A DNA stretch of 64,000 nt, taken from positions 118,940-182,939 of the forward strand of contig CAVVOB010000038.1 of the NCBI GenBank assembly GCA_963749655.1, in the 5' to 3' direction. The translations under genes and the position numbers were made by a program. The notes beneath the pieces were generated by a model, which searched no databases, was not told the DNA's origin, and worked only from the letters and a program-made list of their open reading frames with translations. Shown piece after piece: positions 19,394 to 27,763 of this stretch (its first letter is position 1; every line of letters starts with the position of its first letter). This DNA is from Nitrospirota bacterium (GTDB taxonomy: Bacteria; Nitrospirota; UBA9217).

Positions 19394-19813
19394 GTACCAT
19401 TCGCTGATTTTGCAGTGTTCGATACCCAATTGCCGTAACGTCTTCAGTGCCGTTTCTGATACGATTAAAGTGAAGTTGCTACTCAGGCCGAAATCATGGA
19501 GCCCGGCACGTCCTTCAATTTGAATCCATTGGAAGGCTGGAAGCTCCTTATTTCCGTAGAGTTCATTAAATTCTTCTGACTTTGAGGTCTTAACCTGTGC
19601 CAAACGATAACCAGTTAGCTTGGTTTCTTCCAATGTCGTCGCAGCTGCTTCTGTAATAATGAAGCATGGAAATGACTCAAGAAGCACGTCCCCCGACCAA
19701 CCATCAAGTTGGTAGTGTAATCTTTTCACTTTGGGAGGATGAATCGAAACATCGGCATCGGTACTATCGCCCCACCCACCCGCAACTTCTGGTTCAAGTT
19801 CAAAGTATTTCAT
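19388..19813 (-). CDS. Hypothetical cassette protein (possible immunity-type)
   Basis: 141-aa ORF ending in attC R''. Confidence 0.75.
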   Translation of the reverse strand: MKYFELEPEVAGGWGDSTDADVSIHPPKVKRLHYQLDGWSGDVLLESFPCFIITEAAATTLEETKLTGYRLAQVKTSKSEEFNELYGNKELPAFQWIQIEGRAGLHDFGLSSNFTLIVSETALKTLRQLGIEHCKISEWYG

Positions 19814-19877
19814 ATTCTTTCATGGCTAATGATTAACATCCTTGGTTGTCTGTGATGTTTTATCCAAAGTCGATTGT

Positions 19878-20201
19878 TTACGCTTTGCCCCCGTGTCCTT
19901 TTAGCCAGGGCTTCGCATGAATGGCTTCAATGTCACCTGCCTGCAATAAACGCCACAGAATTAGCATGTCTTCTGGTTTCTGATTCACCATATGCCATGG
20001 CCCGTCGCCAGATTCCAGATTCTGAAACACGACTTTACCTGACTCATGTGCCGAAATAGTCCAGCCATCGTCAGCAGTCAACCAACAATCAGGATGTTCC
20101 TCGTCAGGTGTTGTTAGCTCTGCCAGGGCTGCGCGCAACTCCTTTTCATTGGGATTGACTCCTCCTCCGCCCCAGCGTTTTTCGAGGTGTGTCGTGGTCA
20201 T
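19878..20201 (-). CDS. Hypothetical cassette protein (possible immunity-type)
   Basis: 107-aa acidic ORF with RBS shortly after the GTTAACT core. Confidence 0.75.
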   Translation of the reverse strand: MTTTHLEKRWGGGGVNPNEKELRAALAELTTPDEEHPDCWLTADDGWTISAHESGKVVFQNLESGDGPWHMVNQKPEDMLILWRLLQAGDIEAIHAKPWLKGHGGKA

Positions 20202-20230
20202 GTTACCTTCCTATTTCTAAAGAAGTTAAC

Positions 20231-22019
20231 GAGTCTGTAGAAAAAGTCGATTTGAAAAGCATCATTGATCCCGGGTAGCAAGTTTTTATCAGGGTGAGTT
20301 CTTGATTTGAGCTTTTGCGTGATTCAATCGGTCCTGGTCGATCTCGCTACTGCATTTTCTTTCTCTTTCTGCTTCCCGTTATCTCAACTTTCCGCGAACC
20401 CGAACCCGTATCGGTGCACTTTGAGCAGGTTGTGAACCACACAGTATAGCCGCCACTGGGTGCTTACCTTCTTTTTCCCTCTGAGACTGAAGCGGTCGAG
20501 ACCGAGACTCGATCGGATGTCAGCAAATACCGGTTCGACCGTCGCCATCCTTCGTCCGTAGATCAACTTGCCGGCCACCGAGTCTATCTTCTCTCGCATC
20601 TTCTGCGTGAAGGTCTTTTCTTGTTTGTTGGTCCTGCCTGTGAAATGGGAGAACTGGCGCGTTTCGGTCACCTCGGGGTTCTTCAGGCACTGCGCGCGCT
20701 GCGTGCACGGGATACAGTCTCGTTTTGTTCCGTGATACTTGATCGCATGGAGTCCATGATGATTCGCGTTGCCGCATTTGTACATCCGTTTCCCGGCCGG
20801 GCAGGTGCAGAAGCTTTTATCCGGGCTCACCGTGAAGTCTCTCGGCTGGAAGACGATCGGCCGGTCGAATTTCTTTGCGATCTCTTTATTGAACCTCTCC
20901 TTATGCCTGTCGGCCGTAGCATATCGGGGATCGCGATGACGGAACTTGTTATCCGCGATGTATGCGTCGATGCCTTCTTCGATTACCATCTGCACGTTCA
21001 TTGCGGAATGAAAACCGGCATCGGTCGTCAGTTGGGTCTTTTTGAAGATGTCCTCTTCTTTTCCGATTGTCTTGAAGTTTCCCCGGGTCCCTTCGACCAT
21101 GGGTTTAAGTATTGCAGTCTCGGAGTCTCCGGTCGTATCGGCATGGACAACTACCTTGTGTTTGCTGTCCACCATGGCTACACCGTTGTAACCCTGGACT
21201 ACTCCGTGCGAAGTCATCATATTCGCGCTTTCGTTGTCGGTTATGTTGCTCTTCCTCGGCCCCTTGCTGCCGGGCTTGTCGTCGTTATCGTTCATGAAGT
21301 CTTTTATCTTTTTGATCTTCGCCTTGAGGGTGGCTATATACTGCTCTTCCTTCTCGATTACCGCGTGGTCGGTCTCGGTTTTGTCCCGTTCCTTATGCTG
21401 AGCGATCATTGCCTTGATCGCCTTCTCCATCTTTTCTTTTTTACGTCGAAGATCCTTTTTAGTTCCGCTCCATTCCTTTGAAGCGTTCGAAGGGAGCTTG
21501 CAGCCATCGATAGCGAACATCTCTTTGCCGATCAGGCCCATCCGGTCGCAGATAAAGAGTACTTCAAGGAAGAGCTTCACCGTCTCCTGGTCGTTCGATG
21601 AGATGAAATCGGCGATCGTGGTGAAGTGCGGCCGGGTGTCTGCTGAGAGGGCCATAAACACGACGTTCTCGTTGCAGCATTCGGCGATCTTCCGACTGGA
21701 GGTGATTCCTTTGGAATAGGCGTAAAGGACGATCTTGAGCATAATCCTTGGATCGTAAGCCGGTGCGCCAGTTTCGTCGTTCTTATAGCGGAGATCGAAG
21801 GCGGAAAGGTCGATTTCATTGTCGATAAGATAGTGGAGCGTATGTTCAAAAGTGCCGGGAAGGATCTGTTTGTCGAAGCTGAGCGGGATAAATTTGCCTT
21901 GGGAATAGTCGTACTCTTTGTACTTCGCCATACGCCTCCCGTGGGTGAGGGGTTTTTGTTCTTCAGAAGTGCGTTTAGATGGCGCCAGTATAGCATAAAA
22001 TGACTTTTTCTACACCTTC
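20231..22019 (-). mobile_element. IS1182-family insertion sequence, copy 1 (1789 bp)
   Basis: Imperfect terminal IRs GAAGGTGTAGAAAAAGTC / GAGTCTGTAGAAAAAGTC; flanked by AAC at 20228-30 and 22020-22. Confidence 0.92.
20384..21931 (-). CDS. tnp: IS1182-family DDE transposase
   Basis: GAPAYDPRIMLKIVLYAY..SSRKI, AIDG.K, TD.ES, DAGF, R..TVEPVF motifs. Confidence 0.92.
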   Translation of the reverse strand: MAKYKEYDYSQGKFIPLSFDKQILPGTFEHTLHYLIDNEIDLSAFDLRYKNDETGAPAYDPRIMLKIVLYAYSKGITSSRKIAECCNENVVFMALSADTRPHFTTIADFISSNDQETVKLFLEVLFICDRMGLIGKEMFAIDGCKLPSNASKEWSGTKKDLRRKKEKMEKAIKAMIAQHKERDKTETDHAVIEKEEQYIATLKAKIKKIKDFMNDNDDKPGSKGPRKSNITDNESANMMTSHGVVQGYNGVAMVDSKHKVVVHADTTGDSETAILKPMVEGTRGNFKTIGKEEDIFKKTQLTTDAGFHSAMNVQMVIEEGIDAYIADNKFRHRDPRYATADRHKERFNKEIAKKFDRPIVFQPRDFTVSPDKSFCTCPAGKRMYKCGNANHHGLHAIKYHGTKRDCIPCTQRAQCLKNPEVTETRQFSHFTGRTNKQEKTFTQKMREKIDSVAGKLIYGRRMATVEPVFADIRSSLGLDRFSLRGKKKVSTQWRLYCVVHNLLKVHRYGFGFAES

Positions 22020-22074
22020 AACACGGCGCTGACGCGCCGACGTTGGCGCGTCGCTGTCGAGCGCCAGGTTGGTA
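22020..22074 (-). other. attC site with IS inserted at the core GTT
   Basis: TACCAAC-ctggcgctcgacagcgacgcgccaacgtcggcgcgtcagcgccgt-GTT, then IS, then GTTAACT. Confidence 0.9.
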
Positions 22075-22092
22075 CTTGCATCTCTCTTTTAT

Positions 22093-23073
22093 CTACGCAT
22101 ATCCGGCCCATGCCGAAAGGATTTTCCCTGCTCTCTGCTTGCTGAATCCGCATTCGACTGCCGTGTCTAGCGTAGTTCTTATATCTGCCTCGCTTGGCTT
22201 GAAATTCGGACCAAAAGACCTGCTTACGATTCCCATTGCTTTAATTGTTTCTAGGTCTTCTGAGAGAAGTGATGCAGCGACTTCGCTTTCTATTATAGTT
22301 TTGTGCTTGCCGCCTGACTGTGCAAAAAATGGTATCCGTGCCATCAATGATAAACTACGCGCTTGTTCAAGTTGTTCAGCACCATCTGGCATTGCGTCGT
22401 TCCTAGACTTAATCAATGATGTTTCTAAGGTCTGTAGAATGTCCTGCTCTCGCTCAAGGTTTCCACCAACTGCGGCGGCTTCTTCAAGCATGTCTTGCGT
22501 CTCCTGCAATAGTGATAAAGCGTTAGCCACAGAACTATGCTGACTCATCGCTCGCATTTTATCGCTGCAAAAGGATTCGAACTTCTTCTTGTACTGCTTC
22601 ACGAACACAAGGTCCATTTCCTGTGCATCGAGGATTTCTTGAATTGTAATAATCCTGCGGTCAGCAGGAAAAAGCAGGTTCCCGTCTCTGCGCTGAAGTT
22701 GCCTTTCGTAGCAACCTGGGGCGTCGCTCCATACCTTTTCTTCTTCGGCCCAAGCACGTGAAAGCCTGTGCGCCGTGTTGACCGGCATATTTTCACCGTA
22801 TTTTTCGATAAGTTCCTGCATCGTTTGTTCGATATATGCGCGTTCTTCCGGCGACGCGTCTGCTCGCTTTACACAAATCGAATTTACTGATACAGTTTTT
22901 CCTTCGAGGGCACCTTTATCAACAACATCGTGCATTTGTCGAGAAATTTGTTTGCGCTCTTTTTCTACAAGTATTTTTACATGCTCTGCCTGCTCTTGCG
23001 TCAATGTCACGCCGGTATCGCGTTTCGAGAATAGATTGATCGCCGCTTTTATTAAGAAGCTACCAATTCCCAT
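22093..23073 (-). CDS. Hypothetical helical cassette protein
   Basis: 326-aa ORF with GAGGAG RBS right after the attC core. Confidence 0.8.
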   Translation of the reverse strand: MGIGSFLIKAAINLFSKRDTGVTLTQEQAEHVKILVEKERKQISRQMHDVVDKGALEGKTVSVNSICVKRADASPEERAYIEQTMQELIEKYGENMPVNTAHRLSRAWAEEEKVWSDAPGCYERQLQRRDGNLLFPADRRIITIQEILDAQEMDLVFVKQYKKKFESFCSDKMRAMSQHSSVANALSLLQETQDMLEEAAAVGGNLEREQDILQTLETSLIKSRNDAMPDGAEQLEQARSLSLMARIPFFAQSGGKHKTIIESEVAASLLSEDLETIKAMGIVSRSFGPNFKPSEADIRTTLDTAVECGFSKQRAGKILSAWAGYA

Positions 23074-23087
23074 GTCATATCTCCTCA

Positions 23088-23151
23088 GACTAATGCGGCG
23101 GTAAGTCGCGGTCCCCGTAGGGGCCCGTCGATCTTGACTGCCTTGATCTCT
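23088..23151 (-). other. attC site with variant cores (R'' AGAGATC, R' ATTAGTC)
   Basis: aaggcagtcaagatcgac-gggcccctacggggacc-gcgacttaccgccgc has typical attC arm architecture. Confidence 0.7.
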
Positions 23152-23220
23152 CCGCGCTTTTTGCGGAGAAGGCAGTTCCGCGACTTACCGCCGCAATCTT
23201 TCCGCGATTGCGAAGCGCGG

Positions 23221-23278
23221 AGAGATCGATTGGCATCACTAGCGGCTGTAAGCCGTCCGGTGGATGCCATGGTTATGC
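23221..23278 (-). other. attC site with GAT core
   Basis: GCATAAC-catggcatccaccggacggcttacagccgctagtgatgccaatc-GATCTCT; R'' complements the cassette start GTTATGT. Confidence 0.8.
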
Positions 23279-23349
23279 AATTAGTTGGCTTCTTTACCAG
23301 TTGCAAAGCAATAGATGCCCCCTTGTTTCATAGCAAGCATAGATTTTCT

Positions 23350-25359
23350 TTAAAGTGTCTTCAGTTTATCAATGACAGTCGGATTTCGGCTAAGTTGCTC
23401 AATTGTTTTTTGCACAAATGTATTTAGTATCACGCCGTCGTACTTCCGCTGTTCCGCTTCCTTAACTTCATGTGCCGCTCTGAGAATTTCACCGGACTTA
23501 GCTTTCTTATTGACATGAATCATCCTATCTTGATCCGCTTGCTTCAAAATTTCTGACTGTATCTTCCAAATCTCTTTCCAGATATCTGACTTGCTCCATA
23601 ACGCCTCAAGCGTTTGATCAATTAAGCTCTGGAGTCGTCGATGGGCACGCAATTTCTTCAGCAACACTACGGGATCGATCGGTTTTGGCTGCGGTAGAGG
23701 TGGGAAGGGTGTATTACCTGTACCTGGGATTTGAGGCAACTCCACGGTGATATCTATGAGACCCCGTTCGATCAAATCGTGTAAGGCTCTCTCAAGTCTC
23801 GCTACCTTAGCAGCATCGAAAGCGTAGATTGTAACGGCCGTTTCGACATAGATTATCGATTTTCCATAGAAAAAGAACTGACCTTTTGCGACTGTGTTGA
23901 ATTTATCTACAGATTGAAAATTGAACTCTACTGCTGTATCATTGTCATAGTCAAAAGGGTTATTTGTGAATCCATCGAATATTTTCTGACCATCAACAGA
24001 TAGCGTCGATAAGGTAATATTTTGTGCTGTTGTTTGCCCATGCTTGATTATCACAACGCCCGATGTTCTAGTTGGGGGGGCGAGATTTCTCTCAACGAAT
24101 ACAGCAAAAATTGGGGATGTAATGTTACCGAGACGGTATGAATAGGTCACTTCAACGTAAGCCGTGCTTAAGTCGTCATGTCCCCTTCGAACATCAATAG
24201 GATTATTTACGATTCTGATCCAACGAAACGGAGCGTCAAGTTGTAGAATTGCGGCTGTTGTTGGATTCTGGTCTTTAATGAACAGATCAGCATCAGTGAT
24301 GCCATCATAACCTACTGGTGGACCACCACCTGTCTTATGAACATATGGGTAACAGTCAATAGCTGGTACTGCATCAACATTAGTCGACCGACAATAGTTA
24401 TCGTCATCCAGCAATCGCACGGTAACCGTGGAGAGAGCTCGGGGCAGTTTGAGATTGACGGTGGTACTTCCCGTTCTACTAGAGCACTGTTTGTTGTCTC
24501 TGCCCTTGGGAGATAATTCTGACTTAGCCTGACCGGGTCCCTTGTTGTAATTCCAGTTACTACCATCAACTTGGACGCAGAAGTAGGGGATGAAACAGCA
24601 TTGCCAGGAAAAATCCAGATCATAGTCGGCCACGGTTGCTGAACTAATCCCGGTTTGTTCGCACTTGTTAATTTTCACCAGTGTGCCGTCTTGAAAAGCA
24701 TAACTTCTGTCCTTGTCGTCGAGAAAGAAGCCATGGTATTCGTCTCCCCTATTGTGTCTAAGCCGAATATTACTTTGATCACCATTTAAATAGAATGTAA
24801 GACATACATCGTCATCATTAAAGTAAATTGGATCATAAATGAAGATAGTTACGTGGGTATCCGCGCCGCTCGGTGCTCCCTCCCCTTGGATTATTGACCT
24901 CTCCTCATATGCATATGCGACAACCCGATGGCTGTCTTCAAGGTGCTTAAGATTGACATCATTGGATGACGCAATGAGTGTAAGTGTTACTGGCTTAGAT
25001 TTATCGAGCAGATCCTTAACGCTTGGCCATTCCTGTTGTGTCATGTGCCCTTGGCTATGCTTGCGATTCCAATGACCTAAATCTGGACTTTCTTGCCATC
25101 GATAGATTTTCCAAAGGGTACTTGCAGGTAAGGAATTTACCTGCGTATCCCATATCTCATTATAAAGGGGGTCTCCCTCCGGAGGTTGTGGTATGTTTCT
25201 ATCGATAGGGATTGCATTATAGAATCTCTGCAGTGCTTTCCAGCACATTCCTCCACAAAATCCCATATCTAAGGTGACAGTATCAAAGACAAATGATTTT
25301 CTCCAAGAATTACCAAAAGGCCAGCCATGAATTGATGGTCTAAAGTATGTCGTTATCAT
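23350..25359 (-). CDS. Large cassette protein with putative papain-like Cys protease N-terminal domain
   Basis: FCGGM (Cys), SHRVVAY (His), IYDP (Asp) spacing; GGAGG RBS. Confidence 0.7.
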   Translation of the reverse strand: MITTYFRPSIHGWPFGNSWRKSFVFDTVTLDMGFCGGMCWKALQRFYNAIPIDRNIPQPPEGDPLYNEIWDTQVNSLPASTLWKIYRWQESPDLGHWNRKHSQGHMTQQEWPSVKDLLDKSKPVTLTLIASSNDVNLKHLEDSHRVVAYAYEERSIIQGEGAPSGADTHVTIFIYDPIYFNDDDVCLTFYLNGDQSNIRLRHNRGDEYHGFFLDDKDRSYAFQDGTLVKINKCEQTGISSATVADYDLDFSWQCCFIPYFCVQVDGSNWNYNKGPGQAKSELSPKGRDNKQCSSRTGSTTVNLKLPRALSTVTVRLLDDDNYCRSTNVDAVPAIDCYPYVHKTGGGPPVGYDGITDADLFIKDQNPTTAAILQLDAPFRWIRIVNNPIDVRRGHDDLSTAYVEVTYSYRLGNITSPIFAVFVERNLAPPTRTSGVVIIKHGQTTAQNITLSTLSVDGQKIFDGFTNNPFDYDNDTAVEFNFQSVDKFNTVAKGQFFFYGKSIIYVETAVTIYAFDAAKVARLERALHDLIERGLIDITVELPQIPGTGNTPFPPLPQPKPIDPVVLLKKLRAHRRLQSLIDQTLEALWSKSDIWKEIWKIQSEILKQADQDRMIHVNKKAKSGEILRAAHEVKEAEQRKYDGVILNTFVQKTIEQLSRNPTVIDKLKTL

Positions 25360-25392
25360 TCTTACCTCCTTTCATATTTGATAATTGTATCT

Positions 25393-25451
25393 ACATAACG
25401 CGGGCGTGAGGGGCGCGTCTTTAGCGACCCTCTCGACGCGCTTTGTTAGTA
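25393..25451 (-). other. attC site
   Basis: TACTAAC-aaagcgcgtcgagagggtcgctaaagacgcgcccctcacgcccgc-GTTATGT. Confidence 0.88.
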
Positions 25452-25951
25452 GCTGTTGACTTCTCCGGCTCGCATTTTATTTTGAGCATGGTTGTGGTTT
25501 GCTGCAAATTTTCATCCTCGTACTCTATCAAGAAGACGTTCTGATCGTTGTTATCCGGTTTCTCACGGCTTTCAGAACCCTTCGAATAATATCTGATTGC
25601 CAATAACAGCAGCCGCTTTTTGTTGAAATCAACCCAGTATCTGCGGATGTAGTGTATGTAACGAGGTGTCTTTCCTGATACATCACCAAAGTTCTGCCAA
25701 TTCTCGGAATCGGAGGTACACGATACCCATGGATTAGTTATTTGCTTCGAGTAGTAATCCAAGACGCGTTCGGACGGATAGGAGGCTTCTACTTTAAAGA
25801 ATAATTCGTTGGCTTTTGCTGTTCCTTCGGATAGCGGAATATGCTGAATGTCTTTTGCTTCAGGATAAATTGGAAAGGATGCCCAATCGGCACCGAGGAC
25901 AATAGCAGGCAGTAGCAACATCATTGTCAATGTAAAAACCATGATCCTCAT
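25421..25951 (-). CDS. Secreted hypothetical cassette protein
   Basis: Signal peptide; ORF reads into the attC and stops within it. Confidence 0.8.
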   Translation of the reverse strand: MRIMVFTLTMMLLLPAIVLGADWASFPIYPEAKDIQHIPLSEGTAKANELFFKVEASYPSERVLDYYSKQITNPWVSCTSDSENWQNFGDVSGKTPRYIHYIRRYWVDFNKKRLLLLAIRYYSKGSESREKPDNNDQNVFLIEYEDENLQQTTTMLKIKCEPEKSTATNKARREGR

Positions 25952-25971
25952 TGTATTTTCTCCAGACTAAC

Positions 25972-27760
25972 GAGTCTGTAGAAAAAGTCGATTTGAAAAG
26001 CATCATTGATCCCGGGTAGCAAGTTTTTATCAGGGTGAGTTCTTGATTTGAGCTTTTGCGTGATTCAATCGGTCCTGGTCGATCTCGCTACTGCATTTTC
26101 TTTCTCTTTCTGCTTCCCGTTATCTCAACTTTCCGCGAACCCGAACCCGTATCGGTGCACTTTGAGCAGGTTGTGAACCACACAGTATAGCCGCCACTGG
26201 GTGCTTACCTTCTTTTTCCCTCTGAGACTGAAGCGGTCGAGACCGAGACTCGATCGGATGTCAGCAAATACCGGTTCGACCGTCGCCATCCTTCGTCCGT
26301 AGATCAACTTGCCGGCCACCGAGTCTATCTTCTCTCGCATCTTCTGCGTGAAGGTCTTTTCTTGTTTGTTGGTCCTGCCTGTGAAATGGGAGAACTGGCG
26401 CGTTTCGGTCACCTCGGGGTTCTTCAGGCACTGCGCGCGCTGCGTGCACGGGATACAGTCTCGTTTTGTTCCGTGATACTTGATCGCATGGAGTCCATGA
26501 TGATTCGCGTTGCCGCATTTGTACATCCGTTTCCCGGCCGGGCAGGTGCAGAAGCTTTTATCCGGGCTCACCGTGAAGTCTCTCGGCTGGAAGACGATCG
26601 GCCGGTCGAATTTCTTTGCGATCTCTTTATTGAACCTCTCCTTATGCCTGTCGGCCGTAGCATATCGGGGATCGCGATGACGGAACTTGTTATCCGCGAT
26701 GTATGCGTCGATGCCTTCTTCGATTACCATCTGCACGTTCATTGCGGAATGAAAACCGGCATCGGTCGTCAGTTGGGTCTTTTTGAAGATGTCCTCTTCT
26801 TTTCCGATTATCTTGAAGTTTTCCCGGGTCCCTTCGACCATGGGTTTAAGTATTGCAGTCTCGGAGTCTCCGGTCGCATCGGCATGGACAACTACCTGGT
26901 GTTTGCTGTCCACCATGGCTACACCGTTGTAACCCTGGACTACTCCGTGCGAAGTCATCATATTCGCGCTTTCGTTGTCGGTTATGTTGCTCTTCCTCGG
27001 CCCCTTGCTGCCGGGCTTGTCGTCGTTATCGTTCATGAAGTCTTTTATCTTTTTGATCTTCGCCTTGAGGGTGGCTATATACTGCTCTTCCTTCTCGATT
27101 ACCGCGTGGTCGGTCTCGGTTTTGTCCCGTTCCTTATGCTGAGCGATCATTGCCTTGATCGCCTTCTCCATCTTTTCTTTCTTACGTCGAAGATCCTTTT
27201 TAGTTCCGCTCCATTCCTTTGAAGCGTTCGAAGGGAGCTTGCAGCCGTCGATAGCGAACATCTCTTTGCCGATCAGGCCCATCCGGTCGCAGATAAAGAG
27301 TACTTCAAGGAAGAGCTTCACCGTCTCCTGGTCGTTCGATGAGATGAAATCGGCGATCGTGGTGAAGTGCGGCCGGGTGTCGGCGGAGAGGGCCATGAAG
27401 ATGACATTCTCATTGCAACAGTCGGCGATCTTCCGGCTGGAGGTGATCCCTTTGGAGTAGGCATACAGGACGATCTTGAGCATGATCCGGGGATCGTAGG
27501 CCGGAGCGCCGGTTTCGTCGTTCCTGTACCGGAGGTCGAATGTCGAAAGGTCGAGATCGTTGTCGATCAGATAGTGGAGGGTGTGCTCGAAGGTGCCGGG
27601 GAGGATCTGTTTGTCGAAGCTGAGCGGGATGAACTTGCCTTGGGAATAGTCGTACTCTTTGTACTTCGCCATACGCCTCCCGTAGGTGAGGGGTTTTGAT
27701 GTATCAGAAGTGCGTTTCGATGGCGTCAGTATAGCACAAAATGACTTTTCCTACACCTTC
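25972..27760 (-). mobile_element. IS1182-family insertion sequence, copy 2 (1789 bp)
   Basis: Same IRs and length; AAC at 25969-71 and 27761-63. Confidence 0.92.
26125..27672 (-). CDS. tnp: IS1182-family transposase
   Basis: 515 aa, near-identical to copy 1. Confidence 0.92.
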   Translation of the reverse strand: MAKYKEYDYSQGKFIPLSFDKQILPGTFEHTLHYLIDNDLDLSTFDLRYRNDETGAPAYDPRIMLKIVLYAYSKGITSSRKIADCCNENVIFMALSADTRPHFTTIADFISSNDQETVKLFLEVLFICDRMGLIGKEMFAIDGCKLPSNASKEWSGTKKDLRRKKEKMEKAIKAMIAQHKERDKTETDHAVIEKEEQYIATLKAKIKKIKDFMNDNDDKPGSKGPRKSNITDNESANMMTSHGVVQGYNGVAMVDSKHQVVVHADATGDSETAILKPMVEGTRENFKIIGKEEDIFKKTQLTTDAGFHSAMNVQMVIEEGIDAYIADNKFRHRDPRYATADRHKERFNKEIAKKFDRPIVFQPRDFTVSPDKSFCTCPAGKRMYKCGNANHHGLHAIKYHGTKRDCIPCTQRAQCLKNPEVTETRQFSHFTGRTNKQEKTFTQKMREKIDSVAGKLIYGRRMATVEPVFADIRSSLGLDRFSLRGKKKVSTQWRLYCVVHNLLKVHRYGFGFAES

Positions 27761-27763
27761 AAC

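Noticed and set aside
20231-20383. IS right end acting as its own attC (IS as a true cassette)
   Set aside because: No R''/L''/L' hairpin precedes the final GTT; terminal IRs and a 3-bp duplication indicate DDE transposition.
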